A stretch of 64,000 bases of DNA from Laetmonice hystrix. Its lineage: Eukaryota. The stretch is from assembly GCA_965235115.1 (NCBI GenBank), contig OZ249436.1, positions 35,590,001 through 35,654,000 of the forward strand, read 5' to 3'. A model generated the notes under the pieces. It had not been told where the DNA came from. It did no database searches and saw only the letters and a list, made by a program, of their open reading frames with translations. Positions 51,204 through 64,000 of the stretch are shown piece by piece. Positions within the stretch are counted from its first letter, which is position 1, and each line of letters starts with the position of its first letter. A program made the translations under genes and the position numbers.

Positions 51204-54110
51204 ACTAGACCCGTTGTGGTGATAACCACAATGGATCCCATCCTCGGGGTGTCCTGTCTTACATGTTATGAGTAGGGATGGAAGATACCAATGACATCAT
51301 TATGATATATGACATCGCGCTGTGTCATAAATCTTGCTGTCAACTGAAAGAGGATGTAAGACTTCCTAGTAACGATGGCTCTAACTTACAACTTATAACC
51401 CTGACAAAATATCGAAGACATCCTTATGACGTCACAGGTCACGTGACCTAAAAAATAATGGTACCAAACGAAAGAGCATGTAACTTCCTTTCTTGTTCAA
51501 TTGTAACTATGGCTGTAACTTCAACCATTTACAAGTTATAGCCTTGAGAAAATATGGATGACATCCTTATGATGTCATAGGTCACGTGACCCAAAAAAAT
51601 AATGATGCCAAACGAAAGAGCATATATGACTTCCTATTAGTGTTCAATAGTAACCAATGCCCCATCTGGCACCGTTTACAAGTTATAGTCCTGAGAAAAT
51701 ATGGATGACATCGTTATGACGTCATAGGTCACGTGACCAAAAAAAAATAATGATGCCAAACGAAAGAGCATATATGACTTCCTATTAGTGTTCAATAGTA
51801 ACTATGGCCCTATCTGGCACCGTTTACAAGTTATAGCCCTGAGAAAATATGGATGACATCGTTATGACGTCATAGGTCACGTGACCTAAAAAATAATGAT
51901 GTCAAATGAAAGAGCATATATATGACTTCCTATTAGTGTTTAATAGTAACGATGGCCCTAACTGGCACTGTTTAGAAGTTATAGCCCTAGATAGGCCACT
52001 GTTGAAAACTTCAAGGTCACGTGATTCAACGATTATAGGTCAAATCGCTTATCTTTGGATGATTCTATTAAAACACTTGTTAAAGAGTGTTCCTTTCCAA
52101 TATTATCAAATTTTACCAAAAAATGAAGAAGAAGTAGCCAGTTAACCAATTTGTGACCTAGGACCCAGTTCTCCCTAAGGTGAAAGGTCAAAGGTCAAAT
52201 GAAGGGTCAGTTTTAGGCTAGACCGTTGCCTGATCATAACGCCGTGATAGATCTTGGAAATTCCAAATATGAACGTCAAAAATGGCCCTCAATGTCCCAA
52301 ACACGTTTGACGTCATGACGTGACATCACGTGACGTCATGACTGATTGTGCGACCTGACTTTGTCATGGTCAAGATCTCTGCCAAATTTGATTGAGATAT
52401 TTTGAAAAATAACTGAGATAGAGGTCATTATAATCTCATACGTCATGCTCCTGCTTTCATGCAGGCTCAGATCCAGTACTGCAAGAAAGGAGGGGCACGA
52501 AAGGCGAACATGGGCACGGGGGGGGGGGGGGGGGGGACTTGAATTTAGAAAGTCAAAGAACGTTATTTCTGGAGCTAGATGTGAAGTTTCTCAAAGTATT
52601 TCAGGCGCATGTCGGTAGGGGTCCGGGGGTTGTACCCCCTCTCCTGTTCCCCCAAAGCATAGATTCTTTTCCCCTTAGATTCAACAGAACAACATCGAAC
52701 GAACAGGTGCCAAACATTCCGCCTATTTTAAACTCGTTGAGTGATGAATACACAAAATAAAATGCACTAAAAGGGTTCATAAAAGGCGGAAAAATCGCGT
52801 CTAAGAGCTTCTTATTTTAATAAAATTCCGAGAGCACCCTGCTGAAAATCCTGTATTTAGACCTAGCCTAACAATAATATTTGTCAATTCTTCAAAAAGA
52901 AAGCGTGCAGATCCGCCCCTGACATGTCGAAAGGGATCTACTGCATGGTAATTCTACCTATTTTGATATATTAATCATGGTGGAAGGAAACGTTATAAGA
53001 CGTAATTATATCTAGAGACTCTGATTGCCAAGCAATACAGGTAGGTCCCATTTCCCCAATGGTTTTCTATCATTACCTACATTTTTCTCTATTTTAATTT
53101 GACTGCCCTGTGATTCAGTCAACTGTGGAACCATCCACACCAACCTGCTGGCTCACTAAACTAATATAGGGCGCCACTGACTGGGGGGAGTGGGGGAGTG
53201 ACCGTGGACCCGACCTTATCAGCAGCAGTTACGTAGCTGCCAACACCGGGCTGGGAGAGGCCGCCGGCATCACAGCAGGCGGTTTGTATATTCAGAGATG
53301 CTAACCGTCAGAGGGTAAAAATATATTATTGTGGAGACTATTCCCATTAAAACCTACAATTCTTGCCACATTACCTTTCCAAAAAACAAACTAAACAATC
53401 AGTGGTATACCTGAATCTATTCACTTTGTAATTGTTGTATTTGTATATGGCTATCTTAAATACGTTTCAAGGTAGAGCCTGTCAACAGTCAAATTACATA
53501 TTTCATCATAAATAAAAATATATTGGTAAATTTATTAAAAGAATTATACAAAGTGATCAATCGTCAACAGCAGCACATATCTACTGACCAAATACACGAT
53601 TCCTATATGACTAAAGCAGTTTTAGAAAAAAATGTTAAAATTGACAAACTTAAAAGTCACGTGGTTCGGCGAAAATACGTCAAATCGCTAAATCCCAATA
53701 AACATATTGTGGAGCTTTCGTTAGAGAGTGTATCTGCCCAATATTGATAGATTTTACCACAAAATGAAGAAGGAGTAGCGATTTAACCGATTTGTGACCA
53801 AGGACCCAGTCCTCCCTAAGGTCAAGGGTCAAAGGTCAAATCAAGTGTCAGATTGAGGCATCACCCTTGCCCGATTACAATGGCATGAAGGGTTTTAAAA
53901 ATTCCTAATATGTGCGTAGAAAATGGCCTCAAAGTGCACAACACACTTTTCATCATGACGTCATGACGTGACGTGACGTGACGTGACGTCTTAACTCGTT
54001 GACCGACCAGACCTTGTCATGGTCAAGATATGTCCCAAGTTTTGTTGAGATATCTTGAAAAATGACTGAGATAGACGGTACTGTTTACTACTACAACTAC
54101 TACTACATCC
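51204..54110 (-). mobile_element. Composite non-autonomous Helitron-like repeat, copy A
   Basis: Begins actagacccgttgtggtgataaccac (CTAGT plus hairpin on the minus strand). Internal aaggtcaaaggtcaaa modules at about 52000-52430 and 53650-54080. Collinear with 54118-59290. Confidence 0.5.
51405..51990. repeat. 143-148-bp tandem repeat, about 4 copies
   Basis: gacatc.ttatga.gtca.aggtcacgtgacc.aaaaaataatg..ccaaacgaaagagcat at 51417, 51560, 51707 and 51855. Confidence 0.9.
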
Positions 54111-55605
54111 GCCAAAAACTAGACACGTTGTGGCGACACCACATTATTGATCCCATCCCCGGGGAGTCACGTAATATATGACATGTTCTGAGTAGGGTAA
54201 CTAATGGTTCAGTCTTGCGCAGTTAATGACTTATAAGCTTTAGAAGATGCCAATGACGTAATTATGAGGTGGCACGTCAGGCTACGTATTAATTCTTGGT
54301 CTGAAATGAAAGATCATGTGTACCTTCCTATTAGTGTTTAATAGTAACTATAGCTCTAACTTCTACCATTTACATGTTATAGCCCTGAGAAAAAAACACA
54401 TTTACAAGTTTTAGCCATGTTAAAACATAGACATCCTTCTGACGCCATAGGTCACGTGACCTAAAAAATAATGCTGTCGAAGGATACACCGCTAAGCGGT
54501 GACTATAGCTCTATCTGGAATGGTTTGGGACTTAGAAGCCTTGGAAGATGCCAATGACGTCATTATGACATCATATGACAAGCTACATTATAAATCTTGG
54601 TGTCAATTGAAAGAGCTACTTCCTATACCTGTTCACTAGTAACCATGGCTCCATCTTGCACCGTTTCCGAGTAATTCTTAAGAAAATAATGTTAACATCA
54701 TTATAACCTGACACGTTATGCTCCTTCTTTCATGCAGGCATGCACTGACCCAGCACTGCTTGGAAGGAGGGGCACCAAAGGTGCGAGGCGAACATGGGTG
54801 GGGCGTGGTTGGGGGGGGGGGGGACTTGAATTTAGAAAGTCAAAAAACGCTATTTCTGGAGATAGATGTGAACTTTTTCAATATTTCAGGCGTGCGTCGA
54901 CAGGGGTTCAGGGGGCCAGACCCCCTGCTCCACCAGAGCATAGATTCTTTTCCCCTTAGATTCAACGGAACAACACCAAACGAACAGGTGCAAAGCATTC
55001 CGGCTATTTTGAACCGGTTGAGTCATGAATCCACAAAATATAATATAAATATATAATATAATATAAAGTGGTCCATAAAAGGCGGAAAATCGCGTCTAAG
55101 AGCTTCTAACTTTTAAAAATTTCCCGAGGCCCCTCTGCTGAAAATTTTGGACCCTTGGTTGTATTTAGAGCTAGCCTAACAATACTCTTTGTCGATTCTT
55201 CAAAAAGAAAGAGTGGAGATCTTCTCCTGACATGTCGAAAGGGATCATAGAGGTCTACTGCATGGTATACCTACCTATTTTGATATATTAATTATTGTGG
55301 AATGAAACGTTATAATCGTAATTATATCTAGAAACTCTTATTGCCTAGCAATACAGGTAGGTTCCGTTTCCCCAAAGGTTTTCTATCATTACCTATATTT
55401 TCTCTCTTTTTATTATCATCCCAACAATAGCGTCATTTCCATTCACATGGACGTTACATAGCATCCCTTGGACATTATGAAATAATGTTGGCTCAGGCTG
55501 AAACCTAGTGCAGCTGACCAAAAGTTCCCGAAATGTGAAATCTATCCACATCAATCTGCAGGCTCAGTAAACCAAAGACAGCTGGCCAAGAGTTGTCTTG
55601 CAACG

Positions 55606-55995
55606 GCAAGAATACAGCCTTCATCAGAGTTTTGTTTTATTAATCTCCTCAGATATAAGATTAAAAAAATATGTATTAGACAGTTACGCATACAGCTCTA
55701 AAGCACCGCTAATTCAGTTGGGGTTGTTCTGGACATACATTCCGCCAACCCCACGCTGACTGGAGGAACCAGAGGAGTCGACACCAGCGGGCCTTATCAG
55801 CACCAATTACATAACTCTCTGTTGACCCCGGCCCGACCCCGGGTCTCGCCGGGGTCACCTGACAGTGGGCGGTCTGTCTACACAGTGACCGCAACCATCC
55901 CAGTGACAAACATTGTTGTGAAGACTATGCCCATGAAAACTTATGATTGTAGCTATGTTGCCTTTCGAGAAAAATAATTAAACAATCAGAGGTAT
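55606..55995. repeat. Direct repeat of about 390 bp, first copy (second copy 57842-58220)
   Basis: gcaagaatacagccttcatcagag...aaacaatcagaggtat occurs twice, near-identical apart from one indel of about 11 bp and a few substitutions. Confidence 0.9.
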
Positions 55996-56151
55996 CGACT
56001 CCCTTGGCGACATTACGACCTAATGCACACTTTAAACAACAGCTGCATGGTCCTTCAAGTACGTGAGTGGCCAACAACAAATGTGCTAATCAACGAACTG
56101 CATGTACAGGACTTTTCTATCAAATCGCCCTTGACATCCAAACATACCATA

Positions 56152-57482
56152 TAGTCTGGGAGCCAGCGTCCTAAAATTTTGGTTTTGTTGCACCCCCCTG
56201 GCAACATTGTACACCCTATTTTTTCTGAAAGTATGATATTTCAGGGGCAAAATGAGCCCGGGTGTAGGTTTCTATCATATTGCATAAGTGAGTAACAGCC
56301 CAAAATCAAAGATGGCCGCCATTTAACTGGGACCGGGCCATATTTCAGGTCCCAGCGGACAGATTTTGATAAAATTTGAGACAATTCTGAGGTTTATCCA
56401 GATGCTGAATCCATTTCTTACATTTTCAAAATTCAAGATGGCCGAAAAATCCAAGATGGCGGCAATTTAACTGAAAATAGCTGGATTTCTGGATTTCAGC
56501 TCCCAGCGGCCCGATTTTGATGAAATTTGAGTCGATTCTGAAGTTTATCTAGATGCTGAATACATTTCTGACATTTCCAAAATTCAAGATGGCCACCAAA
56601 TCCAGGATGGCCGCCATCTAAACGGGAAATGGCCATGTTTCAGCTGCAAGTGGAGCTATATTGATCAAGTTTGAGCTGATTCCGAGGTTTATACAGAGGC
56701 TGAATCCATTTGTGACATGCTGAATCCATTTCTTACATTTTCAAAATTCAAGATGGCCGAAAAATCCAAGATAGCGGCAATTTAACTGAAAATAGCTGGA
56801 TTTCTGGATTTCAGCTCCCAGCGGCCCGATTTTGATGAAATTTGAGTCGATTCCGAAGTTTATCTAGATGCTGAATACATTTCTGACATTTCCAAAATTC
56901 AAGATGGCCACCAAATCCAAGATGGCCGTCATCTAAACGGGAAATCAGCTCAAACTTGATCAATATAGCTCCACTTGCAGCTGAAACATGGCCATTTCCC
57001 GTTTAAATGACGGCCATCTTGGATTTGGTGGCCATCTTGAATTTTGGAAATGTCAGAAATGTATTCAGCATCTAGATAAACTTCAGAATCGACTCAAATT
57101 TCATCAAACTTGGGCCGCTGGGAGCTGAAATCCAGAAATCCAGCTATTTTCAGTTAAATTGCCGCCATCTTGGATTTTTCGGCCATCTTGAATTTTGAAA
57201 ATGTAAGAAATGGATTCAGCATCTGGATAAACCTCAGAATTGTCTCAAATTTTATCAAAATCTGTCCGCTGGGACCTGAAATATGGCCCGGTTCCAGTTA
57301 AATGGCGGCCATCTTTGATTTTGGGCTGTTACTCACTTATGCAATATGATAGAAACCTACACCCGGGCTCATTTTGCCCCTGAAATATCATACTTTCAGA
57401 AAAAATAGGGTGTACAATGTTGCCAGGGGGGTGCAACAAACTCCATTTTTAAGGCCCTTTCTCAGCATGGGCTCCCAGACTA
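56152..57482. mobile_element. Foldback non-autonomous DNA transposon, Academ-like
   Basis: Termini tagtctgggagcc...ggctcccagacta with a 3-bp TSD ATA/ATA. Inner arms 56184-56681 and 56943-57440 (498 bp each) are near-perfect reverse complements. The motif caagatggc(c/g)gc is repeated internally. Confidence 0.75.
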
Positions 57483-58415
57483 ATAGTAACTGAATTAATT
57501 ACGAATGATTATTAGCGTTCATCAGGCTTTTGCATATTTTTCTTTGCCCTTTCTAACGCTGCCATGCGGCCGAGGAAACTGGAGATAGAGAACAAAAATA
57601 GAACTTTAAGCATAATCTGCAGTCTGACGGCCAAGTAAAATGATCAGCTTTATGTATACTATTTGTGACACAGCATATGAAGATGGTTATGTTACACCGT
57701 CAAACAGGTGCGAAACACACTTCGGGAGTGTATTTTACATGTTCGCCCCATTATCGAATACCAATGACATTATGTATTCAAGCAAGTGAGCCTCTCTGAC
57801 ATATCGTATGATCTTCCAGGTTTCTATCACGCATAATTTTTGCAAGAATACAGCCTTCATCAGAGTTTTGTTTTATTACTCTCCTCAGATATAAGATTAA
57901 AAAAATATGTATTAGACAGTTACGCATACAGCTCTAAAGCACCGCTAATTCAGTTGGGGTTGTTCTGGACATACATTCCGCCAACCCCACGCTGACTGGG
58001 AGAACCAGAGGAGTCGACACCAGCGGGCCTTATCAGCACCAATTACATAACTCTCTGTTGACCCCGGGTCTCGCCGGGGTCACCTGACAGTGGGCGGTCT
58101 GTCTACACAGTGACCGCAACCATCCCAGTGACAAACATTGTTGTGAAGACTATGCCCATGAAAACTTATGATTGTGGCTATGTTGCCTTTCGAGAAAAAT
58201 AATTAAACAATCAGAGGTATACCTAACTCTTTGCACTTTATAACAGATGTACTTGCATATGGCTATGTGTAACACGTTTCAAGATACAGGCCGTAGAAAT
58301 TCGGTTACATAAATCAGAAAGATGACGTCATAGATGACGTCATAATTCACGTGATACAAAAATTAAGGTAGCTACCTATTTAAAGTGGAGACACACCTTT
58401 ATAAAGGTCATGAAC

Positions 58416-58784
58416 AATGAGGGACTTCACACTCCTTCAGACGCATGCGCAACGGCACATTTCAGGTCATATCCGCGTGGCGGCAGCACTGTCGCCCGGT
58501 CCTCTTGACTACACATTAGTATGACGTTAGATAGGACGATGAAATGCTAATCTGTGGCAGGATGTGTTTAGACTATTTGTTATGAAAAATAATAACTTGA
58601 TAGGCTTCACCATGTTGTAGAACTCCTAAACGTACCATAATATTTCATAGCAAATAGCTCTACGGCACCCAGCGATAGATTAGCATTTCGTCTACCTATC
58701 TGACGTCATAATAATGTGGGCCCAAGGGGACCGGGTTGATAGTGCTGCCGCCACGCGGAAAAGACGGTAACAAAGTCCCTCATT
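58416..58784. mobile_element. Palindromic MITE
   Basis: aatgagggactt...aagtccctcatt termini; inner arms tccgcgtggcggcagcact..gaaatgctaatc / gattagcatttc..agtgctgccgccacgcgga. An empty homologous site is at about 59401-59430. The same motif occurs at about 5040-5062. Confidence 0.75.
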
Positions 58785-60278
58785 AAGGCTCTGTCTTAAA
58801 TCTTTCAAGAGTTACAACCAGGCCTCTTCCAAATGACCCAACTTCAAAATTTGCAGGCCACGTGGTTCAGCGAAAAATAAGTCAAATCGCTTATCCGAGC
58901 ACTGATCTTGTGGAACTGTCGTTTGAGAGTGTTTCTTCTCAATATGGACATATTTGACCAAAGAATGAGGAAGGAGCAGGGAGTTTACTGATTTGTGACC
59001 TAGGACCCAGTTCTCCCTTAGGTCAAAGGTCAAAGGTCAAATCAAGGCTAGGAGGTAGGCAGCACCCTTGGCCAATTACGAAGCCGTAATGTTTTTTTGT
59101 TTTTTTTTAAATTATCAACATGAGCTTTAAAAATGACCTCAAGTTTCAAAATACGTTTGATGTCATGAGGTCATCACGTGACGTGACGTGACGTCATGAC
59201 TCACTGCCTGATTAGACTTTGTCATTATAAAGATGTGTGCCAAATTCCATTGAGATATATTGAAAAATGACTGAGATAGACATACATGTTTACAGTTACT
59301 ACAATTGCGCCGTAAAAATGACGTTATAGATGACGTCACAAGTCATGTAAGAAAAAAATTATGGTACCTAATTAAAGAGGACATACACCTTTATACAGTT
59401 CATGGACAATTATGGATCTGTCTTAAATCTTTCAAGAGTTACAGCCAGGAATCTTCCAAATGACCTAATTTCAAAACATGCAGGTCACGTGGTTCAGCGG
59501 AAAGGGGCGAAACCCCTAAAAATGATGGTGCCAAATGAAAGACTATATCATTTCCTATCTGTGTACAATAAAAAACATGGCCCTTTTAGACAAGCATCTT
59601 CGAGTTTTAGCCATAGATATCTAAACTAGGCACTGTTCACAACTTCAGCGTCACGTGACTCAGCGAAAATAGGTCAAATCGCTAAATCCCAATGAACATC
59701 TTGTGGAGCTTTCGTTAGAGAGTGTATCTGCCCAATATTGTCAATAACCCGCGGCATAACCCGCGGCAGCCATTTGCTGTCATGTTTTTTCATTACAAAA
59801 GGGCGTATCTGCGATACCCAAATTATGATGCTGAGGACAGGGACGGGTAAATCTTGATAAACAGTGTTTTTCGATCGAAAACCACTATCGATCGATAAAC
59901 AGTGTTTATCAAACTGCCCATTCCGCGTATGCAGTGTAAAGATGGTGCCCTGATCCCTTACCGATGCGGGTAACCATTCCGGGAACACCGCAGCTTCCGT
60001 GGAATGCCATGCGTAGGCTGGAGGGCTGGAAGGTCAGGGTATAGATGCTATTTTTCTTTAACCACTACAACAGGTTATTCACTATACCTTGTGCCGATCA
60101 AAACCAAAGCCACGCCCAGTCTCCGCTCCATTCGATTCGGCAAAACGACTGACATTGGACCAACTGACTGTAGTGATTATAGGCCCCTAGGTACCCCACC
60201 TGACTGTATAGTGATTAGGGCCCTATGTACCCCACATGACTGTACTAATTAGGACCTAGGACCCTGTGTACTCCACCT

Positions 60279-61156
60279 GACTGTATTTTTCTTTTGAAAT
60301 GCACGGGCATCAGGGGTAACCCAATTGCTTTGACAATGTCCCTAAAGAGAAAAGTTGTATAGTCCTCTACAGGAATCGAACCCCGGCCCCAAAGATTACT
60401 GCACCCATTCGCATAGGATAAGGTGTCGACATCCATGCCCACTAGGCCACCGCCACTCCCCTAAAAAAGGAGCTTTGGTGGTCGAGCAGGACAATGGACC
60501 CTCCCCCCTACACACATCTTCCGAAATGAGACGGAATCCATATTTTCCTAGATAGAGCTAAACATGATTTCTACCGAACATTGACTGTTAAGGTAATCCT
60601 GGCACTGGCGTAGACTGTATTTTTCTTTTGAAATACACGGGCATCAGGGGTAACCCAATTACTTTGGCAATGTCCCTAAAGAGAAAAGTTGTATAGTCCT
60701 CTAGAGGAATCGAACCCCGGCCCCAAGATTACTGCACCCATTCGCATAGCATAAGGTGTCGACATCCATGCCCACTAGGCCACCGCCACTCCCCTAAAAA
60801 AAGGAGCTTTGGTGGTCGAGCAGGACAATGGACCCTTCCCCCTACACACATCTTTTTTAAATGAGACGGAATCCATATTTTCCTAGTTAGAGCTACACAT
60901 GATTTCTACCGAACATTGACTGTTAAGGTAATCCTGGCGTGATTAGGTCCGTATATGCCCCACATGACTAGTGATTAGGGCCCTATAGGACATGACTGTT
61001 TTTTCTTTTTAAAGGCACGGGCATGAGGCGTAACCCAGTTAATTTGAGAATGTCCGGAAAGAGAAAAGTGGTTATAGTCCTCTACTGGAATGGGACCCCG
61101 GCCCCAAGATTACTGCACCCATTCGCATAGCATAAGGTATCGACACCCATGCCCAC
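60279..61156 (-). mobile_element. Tandem tRNA-derived SINE-like units (334-bp period, about 2.5 copies)
   Basis: Units start at 60279, 60613 and 60994. The minus strand has an A box TGGCCTAGTGG (60449-60439) and a B box GGTTCGATTCC (60382-60372). Embedded in a roughly 35-bp repeat (gattagggccctatgtaccccacatgactgta). Confidence 0.6.
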
Positions 61157-61471
61157 CCTTACCCCACCTGGCTGTATTGATTAGGTTCCTATACACCACA
61201 AACAACCGGAAACCAGAGATGTGTCTTGCGAAATGATTGACGGAGAGTTGGTTTAACCAGCCTCTGGCGGATTACAACTAAACTATTCGAAAAACACCGT
61301 GTCTATCGCTTGATATCACAGTTTACAGGGTTTCAAATGATGAACAGTGTTTTTCGATCGATAAACAGTGTTTTTCGATCGATAAACAGTGTTTTTGATT
61401 ATTTTAGACGTAGATAACACTGAAATTAGTACCATCAGGTTTACGTTAATAAAATGCTTTAATCGTCATTA

Positions 61472-61819
61472 AGCCCGCCGTATATACACTGCCACGTCTT
61501 TGCCCAACTCCCAACTCCCGACTGACCGCCGTATAGATCTACACTCTCCCGACCCCGTACACTGTCACGATTATTGGCTCACGATCCATGCAGTGTGGGT
61601 GGCCAGGACAACCGACGACCAGGCACACTATCCCGATTCTTTTTTTTTTTGGGGGGGGGGCAATATTTTCGCTAATTTGTCCAATGTATAGGCCTATGAA
61701 ATTATTTACATGAACATAGGGTACGGAATTTTACCCATTTTACCCTCTGGCGGAAACCCTGCACGGGGGTCAGTCGGAAGTCGGGAGTTGGGCAAAGTCG
61801 TGACAGTGTACGGCGGGCT
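61472..61819. mobile_element. MITE with about 55-bp TIRs
   Basis: agcccgccgta..cactgccacgtctttgcccaactcccaactcccgactgacc / ggtcagtcggaagtcgggagttgggcaaagtcgtgacagtgtacggcgggct. Confidence 0.75.
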
Positions 61820-64000
61820 ATACATTACACCAGTTCCATATGCTGTGAGGGCAGGTGGTCCATGGCTTTAATCTTATTGTGTGAAATAATATATCCTAGG
61901 GGCCTTCCAACCATTCTAGTAGCTCATCGAATCATGTCATTGCTGCATGCAATCTACAGACGTGTGGGAATGTGTATAGACAAGGGAATACATGATACCC
62001 AATCTTATACTAATATAGACCTAGCCTATAGTTGTACCGTACAGATAATCCATACCTCTAGATCATCCCATGGACATCCTTTCTACAGATATATTTGAAA
62101 ACATTCCCAAAGCTGATGTTAAAGAATTTTGCGATATTCAACTGTCCCAAAACGTGTTCCCCTTTTGATCCAACTATTGACTTTGAATATTCTCAGGTCC
62201 GTTCCATCCTGCCATCCTGCCCAGAGGCGGATCCAAGGGGCAGAGGGCCGGCGACAGAAATACACTGCAGTCTATATAATAATATCTAAGGCAGTGGGGG
62301 TGGTGGCCCTTTCAAGTTAAAGTGATCTGTACTTTAAGAATACCTTTCTTCAATAGATGCAATTCTTGGCAACAATCGGCCGGCCGGCTATGCTTGGCCG
62401 CGGTGGACAAAAATCAAGAATGCAAGTCACCGAAAACATAAAATCATGAATTCGCGATTTTTTATTTTAAGGCCAATCATAACGGTGAAATGCCTAAATG
62501 ATCGGCCGGCCGGCAAGGCCAGTGGACCAAGCCCATAATAAGATGGATGAACGGCTCGCGGCGCTTCCTTAGCCCTTGTAAGGGCACGTCCAGGGAGTTG
62601 CTTTGTAGGGCACAAGGGTTTTTTTTGGACCCCACATTTTAGGTTATCAAAACTTGCAAAATTTAAACAGACAAATAATTTAAAACATATTTTTTTATTT
62701 GAACTAAACATTCTAAAGGCTTACCTGTAGGTACTAAAAACTCCTAACCAAAAATCATCTTAACACTTTTCGAACTTTGACAAAATCTGGATGGACAGTA
62801 GAAACTCCAAAAATACCCCATGTGCCCTTACAAGCACCTATACCAGAAGAAGCTTCATCAAATGCTTCATAGTTACACGCATTTACTGAATACTGTTATA
62901 CATGCAGATGAGGAGACTTTGGCCCAAAGTCAGCAGGTGGCATTTAACCGTCTAGAGTAAGAGACATCTTGTGGAAAAGGGCGTTTTCAAAGCTTGGGGT
63001 CCAAAAAGACCCCTGGTACCCAGCAACAGCTTTTTCATGAAACTAAGAAGCATGCCAGCCGACTCTGTCGACATGACAATAAAATCTTTAAATGAATATG
63101 TTAAAAATCAACTAGGAAACGATATCATAGAAGTGCAGAATTCAAATTTCAGTGTTAATGAAAACATTTTCAAAAATACCGGCTTGGGGTCCAAAAATAC
63201 CCCACGTGCCCTTAATACAAGGGTTAAGCAGGGCCGTATCTAGCGGAGGGGGAGCTCTCCTCCACAAGTAGATCTAATCGTAATCATGATGACAAAGTGC
63301 CCTTTTTAGGAGCAGGTGCCTGAAGGTCTGCCGCCCAAGCAATTTTAGGCTGCGTACTGCCTTGCTAAGTTCCTGTTCAGGATATTTCCCGAACAAAATA
63401 CCGCCCTGCATGTCACATCTCATCAACAAAATGGCAAAAGAAAATGGATCACATAGGCCCCAGCGAAGTTTGATAATAATTCAGAAATGCCTTTTGACAT
63501 GAAATTAGGAATAACCTCTAACTGGATAAACAATGTATAGTAATTAGGATAATGCCTTACCGTAAGACTCGCAGGAACTTGTGTCACACGGCCAGCTTTT
63601 TGACACGACGACGTTTTGAATGCGTGTGCTTTGGTCGAGCGACGCGTTGGTTGTGGCCGCTCGCCCATACGGTAAGTCAATGTACGCATCTCATTTTGTG
63701 ACGTGCTAGGCCTGTTGGAGGCTGAACACCGACTTCCAACGATTGGTAGTTGGTCCAATGACGTAGGTCTGATCATTTCATGCAGTATTACATAAGACCA
63801 ATTAATTGATCATTTCCGAGGACAAAGAGAATCGTTAAAACGGAGCTAGGCTTGGTCAATAATTGGCAATAACATTAGGTATGTGTGTCCGGAACAAGGT
63901 ATGGATGTATATAAGATAGGAAGAATGAAAGCTGAGGTGGCGAAAAGTCATATTATTGAAGAATGGAACAGGAGAGAGCATGAGGAAGATATAAGAAAGA

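Larger units (their letters stand above)
54118..59750 (-). mobile_element. Composite non-autonomous Helitron-like repeat, copy B, with nested insertions
   Basis: Same terminus (actagacacgttgtggcgacaccac). 54715-55410 is homologous to 52440-53095, and 58800-59285 to 53620-54075. The right boundary is approximate. Confidence 0.5.

Noticed and set aside
60362..60459. Functional tRNA gene
   Set aside because: A and B boxes are present but I could not fold a convincing acceptor stem or anticodon arm; treated as SINE-like.

Overview
Intron-rich animal DNA, probably from a marine invertebrate; the taxon cannot be fixed from this window. Positions 1 to about 39,000 are a recent tandem amplification (unit 11.1-11.7 kb) of a 14-exon, 518-aa CYP3-clan cytochrome P450 on the + strand: one partial and three complete, intact copies. 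Each unit also carries a solo LTR in the P450 3' flank, a LINE 3' end and the orphan last exons of an SLC46 (PCFT-like) MFS transporter. The original duplication junction can be read to the base, where a 21-bp minisatellite is fused into the middle of an SLC46 exon. The last P450 copy looks identical to the others through exon 10 but is about 3% diverged in exons 11-14, so the internal copies are probably recombinant chimeras. The right part holds minisatellites, decayed hAT and non-LTR RT remnants, an intact 3-exon melatonin-receptor-like GPCR (- strand, 359 aa), Helitron-like repeats rich in E-box/CRE palindromes, a 1.3-kb foldback (Academ-like) transposon, MITEs and tandem tRNA-derived SINE-like units. 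All comparisons were made by eye; no database searches were run.
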